NCBI GenBank assembly: GCA_016748015.1
Contig: JAAOMT010000779.1
Location: 1-64,000, forward strand
Origin: Geosiphon pyriformis uo1
Taxonomy: Eukaryota > Fungi > Glomeromycota
DNA length: 64,000 nucleotides
Direction: 5' to 3'
The position numbers were made by a program, and so were the translations under genes. The notes under the pieces were generated by a model. It was not told the DNA's origin, did not search any database, and worked only from the letters and a program-made list of their open reading frames with translations. This document shows, in pieces, positions 1-13,130 of this stretch (the stretch's first letter is position 1; each line of letters starts with the position of its first letter).

Positions 1-839
1 TCTGGGAAAAAATTGTGGAATGGGGAGTTGCTAAATTGGATAACAATATTCAGATGAAGAACGTTCTTTACTGGACAGATGAAAACTTCCACGCCTTTAA
101 AGAATCCATTGAAAGACTTTTACCTTTAATCCGGTTCTTTAACATATCTTCAGTTGACTTTTATCACAAAGTAAAACCATTTGCGAGAATCTTACCTGGA
201 ACTTTATATGAAGATCTTTTACATCATTATCTCGTACCGGGTAGTCATCAAAAGTCTGTAGATGTTCAGCCATTACGATCTTCTCGATCAAATATTGATT
301 CAGAGCTTCTTCAATTGCATAATATAAAACAACTTGATCATTGGATTCAAGGCAAAGACGAAAATACTCCTTTCGAAGATCAATTTGGAAATGATTTTAA
401 ATTGTTACTTCGAGGCAGTCGAGACGGATTCACTCAAGCCGATTTTCATCGATTATGTGATGATAAAGGAGCAACAATAAGCGTAATAAAAGTGAAAGGA
501 ACTGGTCAGATAATTGGCGGCTATAACCCACAATCGTGGCACTCTATGAATAAATGGTTGGAGGGAAAAGGAAGTTTTATTTTTTCCCTTGGAGATGGCA
601 AAGCTGGAAATGCTATACTTAGCAAATTTTTTGCAGGATATGGACCTTATGGTGGGTCAAATCAAGGACCCTACTTTGGAAATGGCGATATTTGTTTGTA
701 TGGCAATAACTTTAAAAGTAGTCCAGGCCATTGTCAAAAGACACAAGCTTATGACCATGTTATAATGCCTGGATCAGAAAATCAAAGGGTAGATTTTTTT
801 GTCGAAGAGTATGAAGTTTTTCAAATTATGAAAAGATAA
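1..839 (+). CDS. 3' part of a BTB/POZ-BACK-TLDc-type protein (5' end lies outside the window)
   Basis: Frame is open from position 3 (WEKIVEWGVAK...). A BACK-like segment (LLPLIRFFNISSVDFYHKVKPF) precedes TLDc motifs FKLLLRGSRDGF, FHRLCDDKGAT, IIGGYNPQSW, SFIFSL, GPYFGNGD and VEEYEVFQI. Stop TAA at 837-839. Confidence 0.85.
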   Translation, partial: WEKIVEWGVAKLDNNIQMKNVLYWTDENFHAFKESIERLLPLIRFFNISSVDFYHKVKPFARILPGTLYEDLLHHYLVPGSHQKSVDVQPLRSSRSNIDSELLQLHNIKQLDHWIQGKDENTPFEDQFGNDFKLLLRGSRDGFTQADFHRLCDDKGATISVIKVKGTGQIIGGYNPQSWHSMNKWLEGKGSFIFSLGDGKAGNAILSKFFAGYGPYGGSNQGPYFGNGDICLYGNNFKSSPGHCQKTQAYDHVIMPGSENQRVDFFVEEYEVFQIMKR

Positions 840-1417
840 AATGCGGTTTTATTTGATTAATTTAATTATACATTTCTGAAGGTTGTGGACCCTATTCTTA
901 CAAATTTTTACTGGGAAATATTTTCTAGCCTACTATTTTAAACCCCATAATAAAGTCAAAAGAATATCAAAAAAACTTATGAACATATAAATTGTTTCAA
1001 TAAAAGGCGATCTTGATAACAGACTAGAATATAAAACACTTTTTAGCTAAATGGCATTTAGAAATTTAATTTTTAAATGCATACTTATGCTCTCCGCAAA
1101 ATAAAAGTGCAAACTTTAAATGATATTTTTGTTTTTTACTCGGCAATAAAATAAAAAATTATACTTTTAATAAATATCCAATAAGTGATTGAGGGTTTTC
1201 AATCAAAATATAACTTCCGCTTCGAGGCACTAACTCTTGAATTAAATAAACTTTTTTTAAAAATATTTATTAAAATTGAGTTATATTCTAATAAATTCAG
1301 AATGCCTAATTCTGATTTCAAATTTCATTTAGAAAATTAGAAAGTCTTTCTTTCTATTCATTATTAAATTAAATTCTCAATATCTCAAAAATATGCAATG
1401 AAAACCATTTTAATCTA

Positions 1418-2627
1418 TCAATGACATTTCATTGTTTCCCATCTATTTAGATAATGCATTCCGATACTGGTTTGTGGACTCAGATTTCCCACTTTTTCCT
1501 GATCTTTTGTTATTTCTTGTCTATTTCGATAATATGTTCTAAGGTTAACCTGTGCAATCAAACTTCCCGCCTTTGCTGCTTTTGAATGAAGTTCAAATAC
1601 TTTTTCCTGATTTTTCGTTATTTCCCTTCTATTTAAATAGCAGTTTCCATGATTCAATTGTGCATTTGTATATCGCCTCTGCTGCTTTTGAATAAATTTC
1701 ATATGCTTTTTCCTCATTTTTCGTTGTTCCCCATCTATTTTCATAACAAAGTACAAGATTGTATTGCGCCTTTGTATTACCTGCCTCTGCTGCTTTTGAA
1801 TAGAGTTTAAATGCTTTTTCTAAATTTTTTGTTGTTCCCGATCCATTAGCATAGCAAAGTGCAAGATTATATTGTGCATTTATATTACCCGCCTCTGATG
1901 CTTTTGAATAGAGTTCAAATGCTTTTTCGTCATTTTTCGTTGTTCCCCATTCATTTTGAGAACAAAGTGCAAGATTATATTGTGCATCTGTCTCTCCCGC
2001 CTCTGCTGCTTTTGTATAGAGTTCAAATGCTTTTTCTAAATTTTTCGTTGTTCCCCATCTATTGGTATAACAAAGTCCAAGATTATATTATGCATTTACA
2101 TGTCCCGCCTCTGCTGCTTTTGAATAGAGTTCAAATGCTTTTTCCACGTTTTTCGTTGTTCCCCATCCATAAGTATAACAAATCCCAAGATTTGTTTGTG
2201 CATTTATATTACCCGCCTCTGTTGCTTTTGAATAGAGTTCAAATGCTTTTCCTCGATCTTGTGAAGCACCAATTCCATTATTATAACAATAACCTAAAAA
2301 AAATTGTCCAAAAGAATCTTCTGCGTTCACTGCTTTCTGAAATTCTAAAAATGCTTTTGTTAAATTAGGAATAGTTCCAATCCCATGCTCTAAACAAAAG
2401 CCGAGCAAAATATTGTCTATCGAACGCTTTGGACTTTTATTATTCAAGCAATTGAATAGGTCTTCAGGAGTTTTCTGATTGCGCACAAGATGATTTTTAA
2501 CTAAGTCAGCAACTTTTGAATATTCACTAGCTGGAAAGATGGGCAAACTTTCTTTGATGACTATGAATGTTTCTTCAAGCCAGTCAAGGGATGAAGTTGG
2601 GTTTTCAATTGATGATTTTGAAGACAT
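1418..2627 (-). pseudogene. Sel1-like repeat protein, disrupted
   Basis: ATG at 2627. Tandem 36-aa/108-bp repeats of type AQYNLGxCYxNGxGTTKNxEKAFELYSKAAEAG. In-frame CAA>TAA at 2088-2090 (AQ>A*), with repeats continuing in frame to a frameshift near 1675. Ends TGA at 1418. Confidence 0.85.
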
Positions 2628-5177
2628 GATTTTCAAGCAACGTAAATAGATTATTAAACCCTGAATGTTTTGTATGGGTAAAGAAGGATTTTTAAGGAGT
2701 TCGTTTTGCTAATAAATATGGATTTCAAATTCCCGAAAAGGCTAAATCTGAAACGCTAGAAAGTTCTGAAAATAGACCTTACTTCATTCCCTCATTTACG
2801 TCTGGAATTCAAATGACCGCATAGGGTGTAAAAAGGCTAAATGAAATCTTAAAGTTAGGTTATAGTTCACTGGTTTCAATAGCTCATTGATAAATTCCTT
2901 GAATGCATAATCTAGTTTTAAGGTTGTGACTGTCTTCAGTGATAATTTTTATAACAAGTTTAATGTAATTTTCTTAGCTCTTGCATAAAATTTATCTTGG
3001 TTAAAACTTTAAATTTTTACCTCTTATGGGCGTCTTTTACTTGACAATTATGTTAGATAAATCTACTTAAAAAAGTTATATCTTTTAAAATCCAGTATAA
3101 AATTTGATGTATTTAGCATTACTTTATCGAATAAAAATTAATTTGGCTCTAATGAAACAATCATTAAGATTCACTCAAAGAATGAAAATTGAGTATATTG
3201 AAATTTATAATCTAATTTCACCAAATAGAAATTCTGGAAATGGATAAAGTCTGAGAACGACTCGTTTTCGCTGCCTCTTCTGTGAGCTCTTGTCTCTTAA
3301 GTCAAAGCATTTTAAAAAAGAAATTGTTCATCTGATTGTATCATTATAGGTTTTAGGAATAAATTGATCCTTGTCGGTCAAACTCAAGACAATAAACAAA
3401 CTAAATTTAAATGAGATTAATCATTTACAAAAGGAAGCAAATTTAGCAAGACCGAGATATATCAAAGGATTTAGAGCAAGTTTCGTGAAGCTATAAAAAA
3501 TACTAGCGTCTCTTTTTAATTGATATAATATTAATGAAGTTGAATCATTTAGTTAGAATAGACTTTTTATAAATTAATCATAATTCGAGGTCTACTAACA
3601 AACTTTATTAACTTTAAAAAATACCTCTCTAATTAAATTTTCAATGTATATATATTCACATTAGTCAATGTATTAATTTTTTTAAAAACCCCAAATTATG
3701 GGTAAGAAGGTTTAACAAGTGTCTTGGAAACTAATAAATTCAGTCATGTATTGGGTTTGCTGACAAATACAATTCTTCTTTTTTAGCCATTTATTAAATC
3801 AATTGGCTGCAATCTTTGTAATAGCTCTATCGATGGTTTGACTTAAATATCTCAATGCAACAATTAGCTAAAGTTTCTTTTAAGAATTCAATAGAAATAA
3901 TCAAAAAGATTTCTCATTATGTTATAATTAAAAACCATCAGATTAAAAATTTGACTATTTTAAATTGAGTTCCATGATCTTATAATTAAAATTTAGTGAT
4001 ATCCGACTTCATCATTTGCTTTAACTTAATAAATCATTTTTGTTCAAAAGATGCTTATGTCTTAACTAAAACCGATCACTAGAAATATAAAATTTACTAA
4101 ATATTACTACTTTATTTAAATATAATTTAGCATTATTAATTTTTTTATAAAACACCAAAACAAAATGACCTTTTAATATATTAATTGAGAAAAACTTTAA
4201 ATTAATTTTGAAAATATCAATCAATCGATCAATTAAGCAGTGGCTGTTTTAGTTTTTCACGCATTTTTATCTATTTGTTAACTGTATTTCATTAATGATA
4301 GATTAATTATCACACAAATATTTAATTATATATAACTTTCTCAAACAATAAAAAAATTTAATTAATTTGGTATTTGACCACTTTTCAACTAATTTAATGA
4401 TACCAAATGGAATTGAAAAAAAATTCATTATAGAAAACTGGTAATAAATTCCACAATAATTTTTTTCAGTAATTGTGAATTTTCTATTTAAGTTCCTTAA
4501 GAGAATATGAGTATTATTTCCAAAGTATTTTGAAATTTTGTTTAAATATTCAAAAAATTACTTTTTTAATTATTTATTTTTACTATTTTTTAATTATTTA
4601 ATTATTTATTTTAGCAATATTCAAAACATTTCAAATTATTTAAAAATATATTTACTTTAGCAAAAATCAAATATATTGTTATAAGTTGGATTAACAAGCA
4701 AACAGATAGCAAGGTAGAACAGAATTGTATGGTAATAAAATTAATCAAAAAAGAATTCAACTTTAAAGAGTGAATTGAATTGGTATGAATTCAATATGTG
4801 AGATCAGTCTTATAAATATCTCAGTTACTATTCTTTCTAAAAATTAACAAGAAAATCTGAAGATAGAGTGATAGTTTATACTATCAACAAAAGGTAACAC
4901 ACTGGAATAATTCTATGTCTTATGTTAGCACTCTTAAAATTCAATATCAGGTATTAATTGTACTTTACAGTAATATTTATTTAATAATCTTTAAGATTAA
5001 CAGCTTTAGGTAAATACCAACAAGTAATTTTTTATTCACAAATATTTAGATACTTGAAAAAAATAAAAAAATAAAATAGGCAAATTAAAAAAGATTGGAT
5101 ATTTAGAAGTAATTTTTATTACTTTGATTAATATATGTTTTATATATTAGAACATACTTTTTTACAGCTAAAAAATA

Positions 5178-6609
5178 CAGTCGCCTTTAAAATTAATGCC
5201 CGAATTTATTTTTTATACAATTTTAAATGTTTATTTAATTTATTTTAAACCTAATTTATATACATATAACTTTTTATATATATATAATTAATAGTGTATT
5301 GGCCCTTTATTTTCTTTCAATACTACTTCAATTTTTTGTAATATTAAGTCTACAACTCATTTTAAAACTGACATATTAAAACTTGACCATTCCTTTTTTA
5401 GAGCATTTTTAAGTTCCTCTATAGTTCTTAAAAAGTTTTTATGTTTTTAAATATTGTTTTTTATTATTTTTTACACATTTTTTATGGAGTTTAGATTAAA
5501 AAAACTGGCTGGCCAATCTATAATTTTAATGTTTTTGTCTTTGAACTGTTTTTTTGTAATTTCAGTATTATAAATAGAAGTATTATTTTGTTGAAATATT
5601 GAATTTTTTTGCTATTAAATTATGCATTTTCTACATATAACCAGTTACTTAAGCTAACTGGTAATTGCAAATTTGAAATATTAGACTGCATAAAATCTTC
5701 AATCTTATAAGATATTTTTTACTTTGCATTTTTATGCAGCATTTTTATTTTATATAAAATAAAAAAACATGAATATTTATGTGATTATTAAATTATAAAT
5801 AACAGTAAAAAATAGTAAAAAATTAGTTTCTATAATGTTAAAATATATTTTTGCTGTAATCTTTTCCATTTTTTTTGTATTTATTACAAAATATTAATAG
5901 ACTTCTAAGTTTTTTAACAAACAATTTCCAAGCTATTATTAATTATTAACTATTTCGGAATCTAAGTATTAAATATTCAATATTATATTTTTTCCTTATA
6001 TAATATCATATTTTAACTTATTAAGATTGTTTGTTAATTTTTATACTGGTTTTATCTAAAAAAATTACCTATTTTCAAAAATAAAGGTTTTTATTTTGAT
6101 ATTTTTGCACCAAAAAATACTTGTTTTTTTAAAATAAAAAACTTTTTTGCTCTAATATAATCTTAAATATCATGATTATAAAGTACTTAATAGATTATTA
6201 TTAAACTGTAATTAAGCTTCAAATTTATTAACAATTTTTTATAGTAGTTTATGTCATTTATTTTTAACTTTTTATAAAAAAGCACTATTTGTTTAGTTAT
6301 TAAAAACTGGTAAATGTTCAAATTATTAATAAAATATTATATTGTTATAAGATCATGCTCTATTTTTTTTGCAATTTGCTTAGTATTTATTTTTTTGAGA
6401 TACATAAAAATTTTTTTTATTTTTAGCAGTTAATAAAAAGCAAATATAAAATATATTTATTCCAATTTTTTTTTATAATGTTTATGTAGATAATAAAAAA
6501 GTAAACAAATAAATTTTGTCCAAAAAAGTAATAATAAAAGAGTAAATAAAATATATATGTTTAAGTATTTTATTATATTAAAATTAAATATTAATTTTGA
6601 AAACAACTA
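5178..6609 (-). mobile_element. Tc1/mariner DNA transposon relic, hypermutated
   Basis: Minus strand reads VIFLDKTS...FQQNNTSIY...DWPASFFNLNSIKNV*, which is FSDE / FQQDNAPIH / WPxxSPDLNPIENVW after reversing transitions. TA-flanked TIRs: cagtcgcctttaaaattaatgcccgaattt at 5178 and a transition-converted inverse at ~6581-6609. Confidence 0.8.
5604..5765 (-). mobile_element. Short retroposed insertion carrying the LINE 3'-tail motif, inside the Tc1 transposase
   Basis: Interrupts the transposase just before FQQDN. 5620-5660 (ttatgcattttctacatataaccagttacttaag) matches the 3' tails at 23136-23170 and 28290-28325 mostly by transitions. A short A-run follows on the minus strand. Confidence 0.55.
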
Positions 6610-8178
6610 TATATTCTTATATAGTTATTTAAAATAGTTAATAACTAGATTAACAACTAGATTAATGATCAAATTATTAATTACTTTCTAAAAATAGAAT
6701 AGCTAATTATATAATATTATTAACTAATATATATAATAATTAATAAAAACTATAATTTTCAATTATAATATTATTATTAATAGTATATGACTTTTGGTTA
6801 TTTGACAATATTATTATTATTATTTCAATAGAATACAATTTAATATAACTGTAATTTTATAATTATAAAAATTAAAATATTTTATTATTACTAAGTATTT
6901 AATCAAAGACAAATTTATATTATTAAGTTTTAAATTTATATTTATTCATTAATTATTAATTTTTAATAAAAATAATATATAACTACAAAAAAAAAGGTTT
7001 AAAAAAAATCTTTTTTTTGTTAATCTTTAAATTATAATAGAAACATATAAAAAATTATAAAAATATTTTATTTTATTTTATTTTCTTATTTATTCAGTAT
7101 TTATATAAACTATTTTTAATAATACATATTTATTTGTATTAATAAAACTAATAAACTTTTTTGTTAAAATATAAACAAAAGAAAAATTAGTTTTTTGACT
7201 TTAAATATATTAAACTCTGGTATTTTTAATGTGTTTAAGTTATAAAAAAATGAAATAAATAGTAAAACTGGCAGTTTTAATAGTACTTTAAATATTAAAA
7301 TTTAAAGAACTTAATTATAAAATAAACATATTATATTATGTTATTAAAAGTTTTTTATTCTTTTTTTTTAATATTTTTAATACTATTTATTGTTAATTTT
7401 TTTGTTAAAAGCTAATAAACTTTTAATTAGTAAATTTTTCTTTCAAAATATTTTTTTATACTTTAAATTATATATGTTATTAAGTTTATAATAAAATAAT
7501 TAATTATATATTAATTATTTTATATAGCTACTTTATGATAAAAGTCAATTTTTTATAAGAAGTTTTGACTATAAACTATTTAAAAATATAAAAAAATATA
7601 AAAAAATAAAAGAAAAAGAATAATAAATATGTTCAAAAAATTGTTTTTAGTCTAAAGCTAAAAATATTAATAGTTTATTAAAATTAATAACTAATTAATT
7701 ATTTTCGAAATAATTATTTTCGAAATAATAATAATTAAGAATTTAGATTTTTTAAGATAAGTTTTATTGAATTAATTTGTAATAACTAATTGTTATCTTA
7801 AATTCAAATCGAAAAAAATATTTTAACTAAAATATATTTTTTAAAAAAAAAAATTTTTTTTTATACAATTTATTATAGCTCTATTTTCTAATTTTCAGTA
7901 AATTAAAAATATATTTTATCAAATTACAAGTTATTTCAGTAAATAACTAATTATTTTAATAAATTATTAAATATTTCATCAAATTTTTGAATGTTATATA
8001 ATTTAGAGTATTATATAATCTAATTATTACAATTTAATTATATTTGTGTTCTGTATAAATTGAGTTATTAATTAAATAACAATTTAAATAATTTAATAAG
8101 ATATTAAATAACAATTTAATAATATATATTAATTAATAAAAAGAATTATAAATATAATTTTATGTTAATTAATAATTT

Positions 8179-8990
8179 AATTTGGTAGGATTATTTTTAA
8201 TTACTTCTAAAAAAAATTATTATATAGCTGTGGTTATTAACTATTTTATTAAATAACCAGAAACTTAATTTATACAAGTTGCAGATATTAAAACAATAGC
8301 CAAATTTATATATTAAGATCTAATTTGTTGACATAAATATGTAAAAAAATTATTATTTAATTAAAAAACTCATTTTGTCAACAATATTTTTGTAGAATTA
8401 AGCCAATAATTTGAAATAAAACAATTCTTATTATTATTATATTATTTTTAAATAAATAGATTAATAAAATAATTCAACCAAATATTGTATAAAATATTAG
8501 CAAAAATAAGTTATGAAAAATGCATAAAAATAGAACTTATTTATATCTTTAGTATTATTTGTATATTAAATATTGAAACAAATACACTTAGTTCACATTT
8601 TTTGAACTAATATATAGAAAAAAAGCCATTTTATTTATTAAACTAAATATATATTTTTTTAATAGAAACAATTACTGAAAAAAACTTTGAAGTTATTTTA
8701 TACCAAAAAGCATATTAGTTAATAGAAACACTAAAAAACAAATATAAAACAACAGTTAACAATATTAATAACTTTCAAAAACAACAAAAAAAAATATAAA
8801 AATTATTTATCTGACTAATCAATTAAATTTAAGATTGAAAACAAAGTATTATTATATTGTATCAAAGTAAAAAAACAGTGGAGTAAAAAATTTAATCTGA
8901 AATAGAATAAACTATTTTATATATACAAAAATTATTATCAGTTATACTTCAATTAAAAGCACAAATTTTATTGGTTCAATTTAAAAATAT
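8179..8990 (+). mobile_element. Ty3/Gypsy integrase relic (rve core plus C-terminal GPF region)
   Basis: Reads NLVGLFLIT..NYYIAVVINYFIK*PET..LLFN*KTHFVN..LYYF*INRLIK*FNQIL, which is DLVGPLPIT..DYLTKWPEA..SDQGTHF..PYHPQTNGLVERFNQTL via transitions. K*NKLFYI (KWDGPFYI) lies near 8900. Confidence 0.85.
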
Positions 8991-10779
8991 CTTATAAGAT
9001 TTGAAACCAATTATAGTAATTAAACATAATTTTTTAATAATTATTTAAATAATAATATTTTCAAAATAAAACACAATTAAAAAAATTAAAAAAACAGTTT
9101 ATATATCTTATTATAAATATTTTAAACAATATTTTAAAGCTTTTACAACAATTATTAAAAATTATATAATAGTTAACAATTTTATTAGAAGTAATTATTA
9201 ATAAAAAAATACATTACAGAACTATAAGCAAAAAAAAGTAAATAAAAGTTCAATTATAGCTAAATATTTCCAATTTTATGTAGTTTCAAACAAAAGAAAC
9301 TTTAATATCTGAACAATAAAAGAAATAAAAAAAGTTTTAAAAAACTTGGTTATAAAACTAAACACAAAAAAATAGATACCAAAAAATTCTATAACATAAA
9401 ATAAAAAATTTTTATTAATATATTGGTTTTTCAAACTTGGCAAAAAATTAAACATACAAATACTATACATAAATAACAACAAATAAACATTCAACAAAAA
9501 AACTTTTCAATAAATAGAATAGTTTATTAAAGAAATAGCTTAATATTATACTATAAAACAACATATTAATTATACTTAGTATTCAAATACTGTTTAATCA
9601 TATTATTAAACAGTTTATTAAAAGCTATTATAATTAATAATATTAGACAAATAACCAATTTCTAATTTAAAAAACTACAAAAAATGATATTTAACACAAT
9701 ATTAAAACATTATATTAAAAAAACATATAATTTTACAAAAACTCAATTTTAAAAGAACTCAAAACTATTAAAAAATTTAATAATTACATAAAAATATAAA
9801 ATAATATAAAAAAATATGAAATAACATAAATTAATATAAAATAATACATAATAATATAAAATAGTATAGAATAATTAGTAATAATAAAGAATAACTAATT
9901 ATAATATAAAAAACAAAGCAATATATAGTAATAATAAATAATTGAAAGCAATCTTATAAAATTAAAAACTATATATAAAAGCAAGTAATTTTAGTAAATA
10001 AAAAAGACAAACAGACAAAAATCAAATCTTTTTTAATATTTTATCTTTAACTTAAATAATTCTTTTATCTTAAAATTATTAATATTTTTTTTGTTAATCA
10101 AATAAAAAATATTATTATCCAAATCTTTAAGTATATATTTCTAATATTCTGATTGTTAAAATCTATAACTGATTGTTTATTTTTATTTTTATTTTAGATT
10201 AAATACAATTAGCATAATTATTCTTGAAACTTTAATGATTTGGATTAATTGCTCTTAATTATAACAATTAACAGAATACTAATCTATTTTTTTTTCTATT
10301 TTTTTATTTTATTTTATTTTTATTTTTATTTTTATTTATTTTTATTTTTTATTTTTTATTTTTTTTGTAAAACAGTAATATAAAAAATCGACTGTCTTAT
10401 GATTAAATTTTATAATAATTTAGTAAAAAAAAGAAGCTTTTTCTTAATGTTAGATATTAATTCTATCTTGTTAGCTTATTAGAAAAATAAAAAACTAAAC
10501 TCTAATAACTGTACTTAATTAGCTTAAAAAAAATACAATTAAAATAACATTACCATAAAAACATTATTTTTGTGTTTTATAACCAAAGAATTCAATAAGT
10601 ATAATTTAAAAAAAACTTTTAAAAACTAAATAATAAATTAATACTAAAAGACTTATTTTTAAAATGTCTTGGACAAATATTTTAATATATTAAACATATT
10701 TATATTATCAAATTATGAGCACTAAATATTACAAAATTACTCTATTAAGTTTATTTGTAATAATAATATTATTTAAATA

Positions 10780-13130
10780 ATATTTTGTTTTATTGTTTAA
10801 TAAATAAACAATATTAATAATATAAATAAATTCTATTTTTTTTGATTCTTTTAACTAATTTTAGTTAATATTTTATATAATATTTTATTAATTTCTTGAT
10901 TAAATTTTTTGTTTATAAATAATATAATAATAATAATAATTTTTTTACTTTAAATTTTTGGCTTAATTCAGCTAATATTTTGTTTACAAAATAAGTTTCT
11001 TGATTAGATAATAGTTTTTTGGATATTTATATTAATATATTAAGTCTTAATAACCAAATTTTGTAATTAATTTAGCATTAATTTTTTAGATGGCTTTAGT
11101 TTCTGGCCATTTGGTAAGATAATCTATAACAATAGTAATATATTTGTTGTTATTATAGATTTATTTATTTATATTATATATTTTTAGCTTGGTGTAATAA
11201 AATAGTTAAACAATTATTAATAGTATTTAGTTAGTTTCAAAAAGCTTTTAAGTTCTGTTATACTTTTGAATCTTAAAAAATTCTTAATTATTTTAATTTT
11301 ATTTGGATTAATTTTAATGTTTTTTTTAAATATTATGTTTTATAAATTTGAGCTCTGTTTTTTTAAAAAAAAATTTTAATATTTAATTTTAATTTAGTAT
11401 GTTTAAATCTTTCAAATACTTGTTATAGATAATAAAAAAATTTATTAAATGTTTTTAAGAACATAGTAATATTATTTAGATAAACAACTATTAATTTTTA
11501 TAATATGTTAAAATAAATAATTTTTATTAATTATTAAGCCAAATAACATTATTTCGAATTAAAGTTTTTTTTTGTTATAAATGTTATTTTTTTCTTGTTA
11601 TTTGAATTTATAGTTATTTGTTAATAACTACTGTTTAAGTTCAGTATAAAAAACTATTTATTATTATTAAATAAATTAAACAACTTTTAAATTAATAATA
11701 TTATATAGTTATTACCATAAATAATATTATAATTAATTAGTAGTATTTAATATGTTTTTTGTTTAATTAGTATTGTATTTTCAATTTTAATTTTGTGTTA
11801 GATAATATTAGTTTTTTTAAACTTATTTTTATTTGTAAAAATATTAGCATATTGTTTAAGTAATACTTAAAATTATACTTTTTATAATTGATTTATGTTT
11901 TTCAAGTTTATTTGTTCTAATTGTTTTAATTAAAGCAAATAACATTTATTTTTACAGATCTAAATTTGTTATGTAAAATCTATATATTTACATAATTAAA
12001 TAAAATCTAAAACATTAATTAATAGTTGATTCTTAATTTTTGGATTTAAGTATTTAATAATAGTATTGACTAAAATTTTAACATAATTTTTTATTTTATT
12101 AAGAATTGAAATCTTGATGTTTTTGTAGTTTTTGGCTGATATATACAAGTTGGTAATAATAATAATTTTATCTTAAAATATCTTTAATTTTGTCTTAAAG
12201 ATTTATAGTTAATTCTTAATTTTTTGAAGTATTTTTAATAAGTATTTGTAATATGATAAAATAAAACCAGTATAACTGATAAAAATAAATTTTTTTTGGT
12301 TAATAATTTTTTTTGCTATATTAATAAATATGTTAACTTTCTTAATTAATTTAAATCTATTAATCTTTTTAACAATTGTTTCTAATCTCTTTCTTATTTT
12401 TATTAATATTAATTTAGCTATTTTAATCAAAAATAAAAACATAATATATGCTATTTTTTCTTTTAATTCTATTTTATAAGTTTTATTTAAATTATTTTGT
12501 AGTATAATAACAATATTTCTTATATATTTAGTATTAATTATTTTTTTTTCAAGAATTTTTTTCTTTGCTAAACTAAATCTAAATATTAATTGAACTATAA
12601 TTGTTGTTAAAACTTTTAATGCTAATTTTAAAAAATAAATAAGATTTTAAAATTATGAAAACTTGTTCTAAATATTTGAAATCAAATCTAGTATTAGTTT
12701 TATGTATTTTTTAAATATAATGTCTTCATTATTTTTGCTAAACTATTTTAATTCTTAATTTTTCAATAAGTTAAAAAGCATAATATATTATTTGGCTTTA
12801 AAAACAGTATTTAAATTCTTGTCTAATTCAAAAGCAGTGTTTTGATCATAATTAGACTTTAAGTTCGATTTTTTGGCTTTACTAATTAATTTGTTAATAG
12901 AAATTAAGTAAATAATACATAATAGTAGATTGTAAACAAAATTATATTTATTATAATATTTAAATTGGCATTGTTACTTACTTAGAATTGAATAGAAATT
13001 AGCATAAAAATTGTCCTTATAATTTTTATTATTTATTATTATATATTAGTTATATTATATTTTTATTAATTATTTTTAATATTATTTTATAAAATTATTA
13101 ATTATTCAAATTGTATAAGTACACAAATAT
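10780..13130 (-). mobile_element. Ty3/Gypsy pol relic: dUTPase - RT - (RNase H deleted) - integrase
   Basis: dUTPase motifs at ~12340-12700. RT motifs K*FFILNLNSSY*QI (KWFSTLDLxSGYWQV), VVYLNNI (YLDD, 11471-11482) and ELKSFLKLTKYY** (ELRSFLGLAGYYRR). Integrase DYLTKWPE survives intact at 11101-11124. Confidence 0.85.

Noticed and set aside
1600-2260. Regular 108-bp repeats suggesting a CRISPR or minisatellite; ORF 1859-2368(+)
   Set aside because: These are Sel1 coding repeats on the minus strand with no unique spacers. The plus ORF is their antisense shadow.
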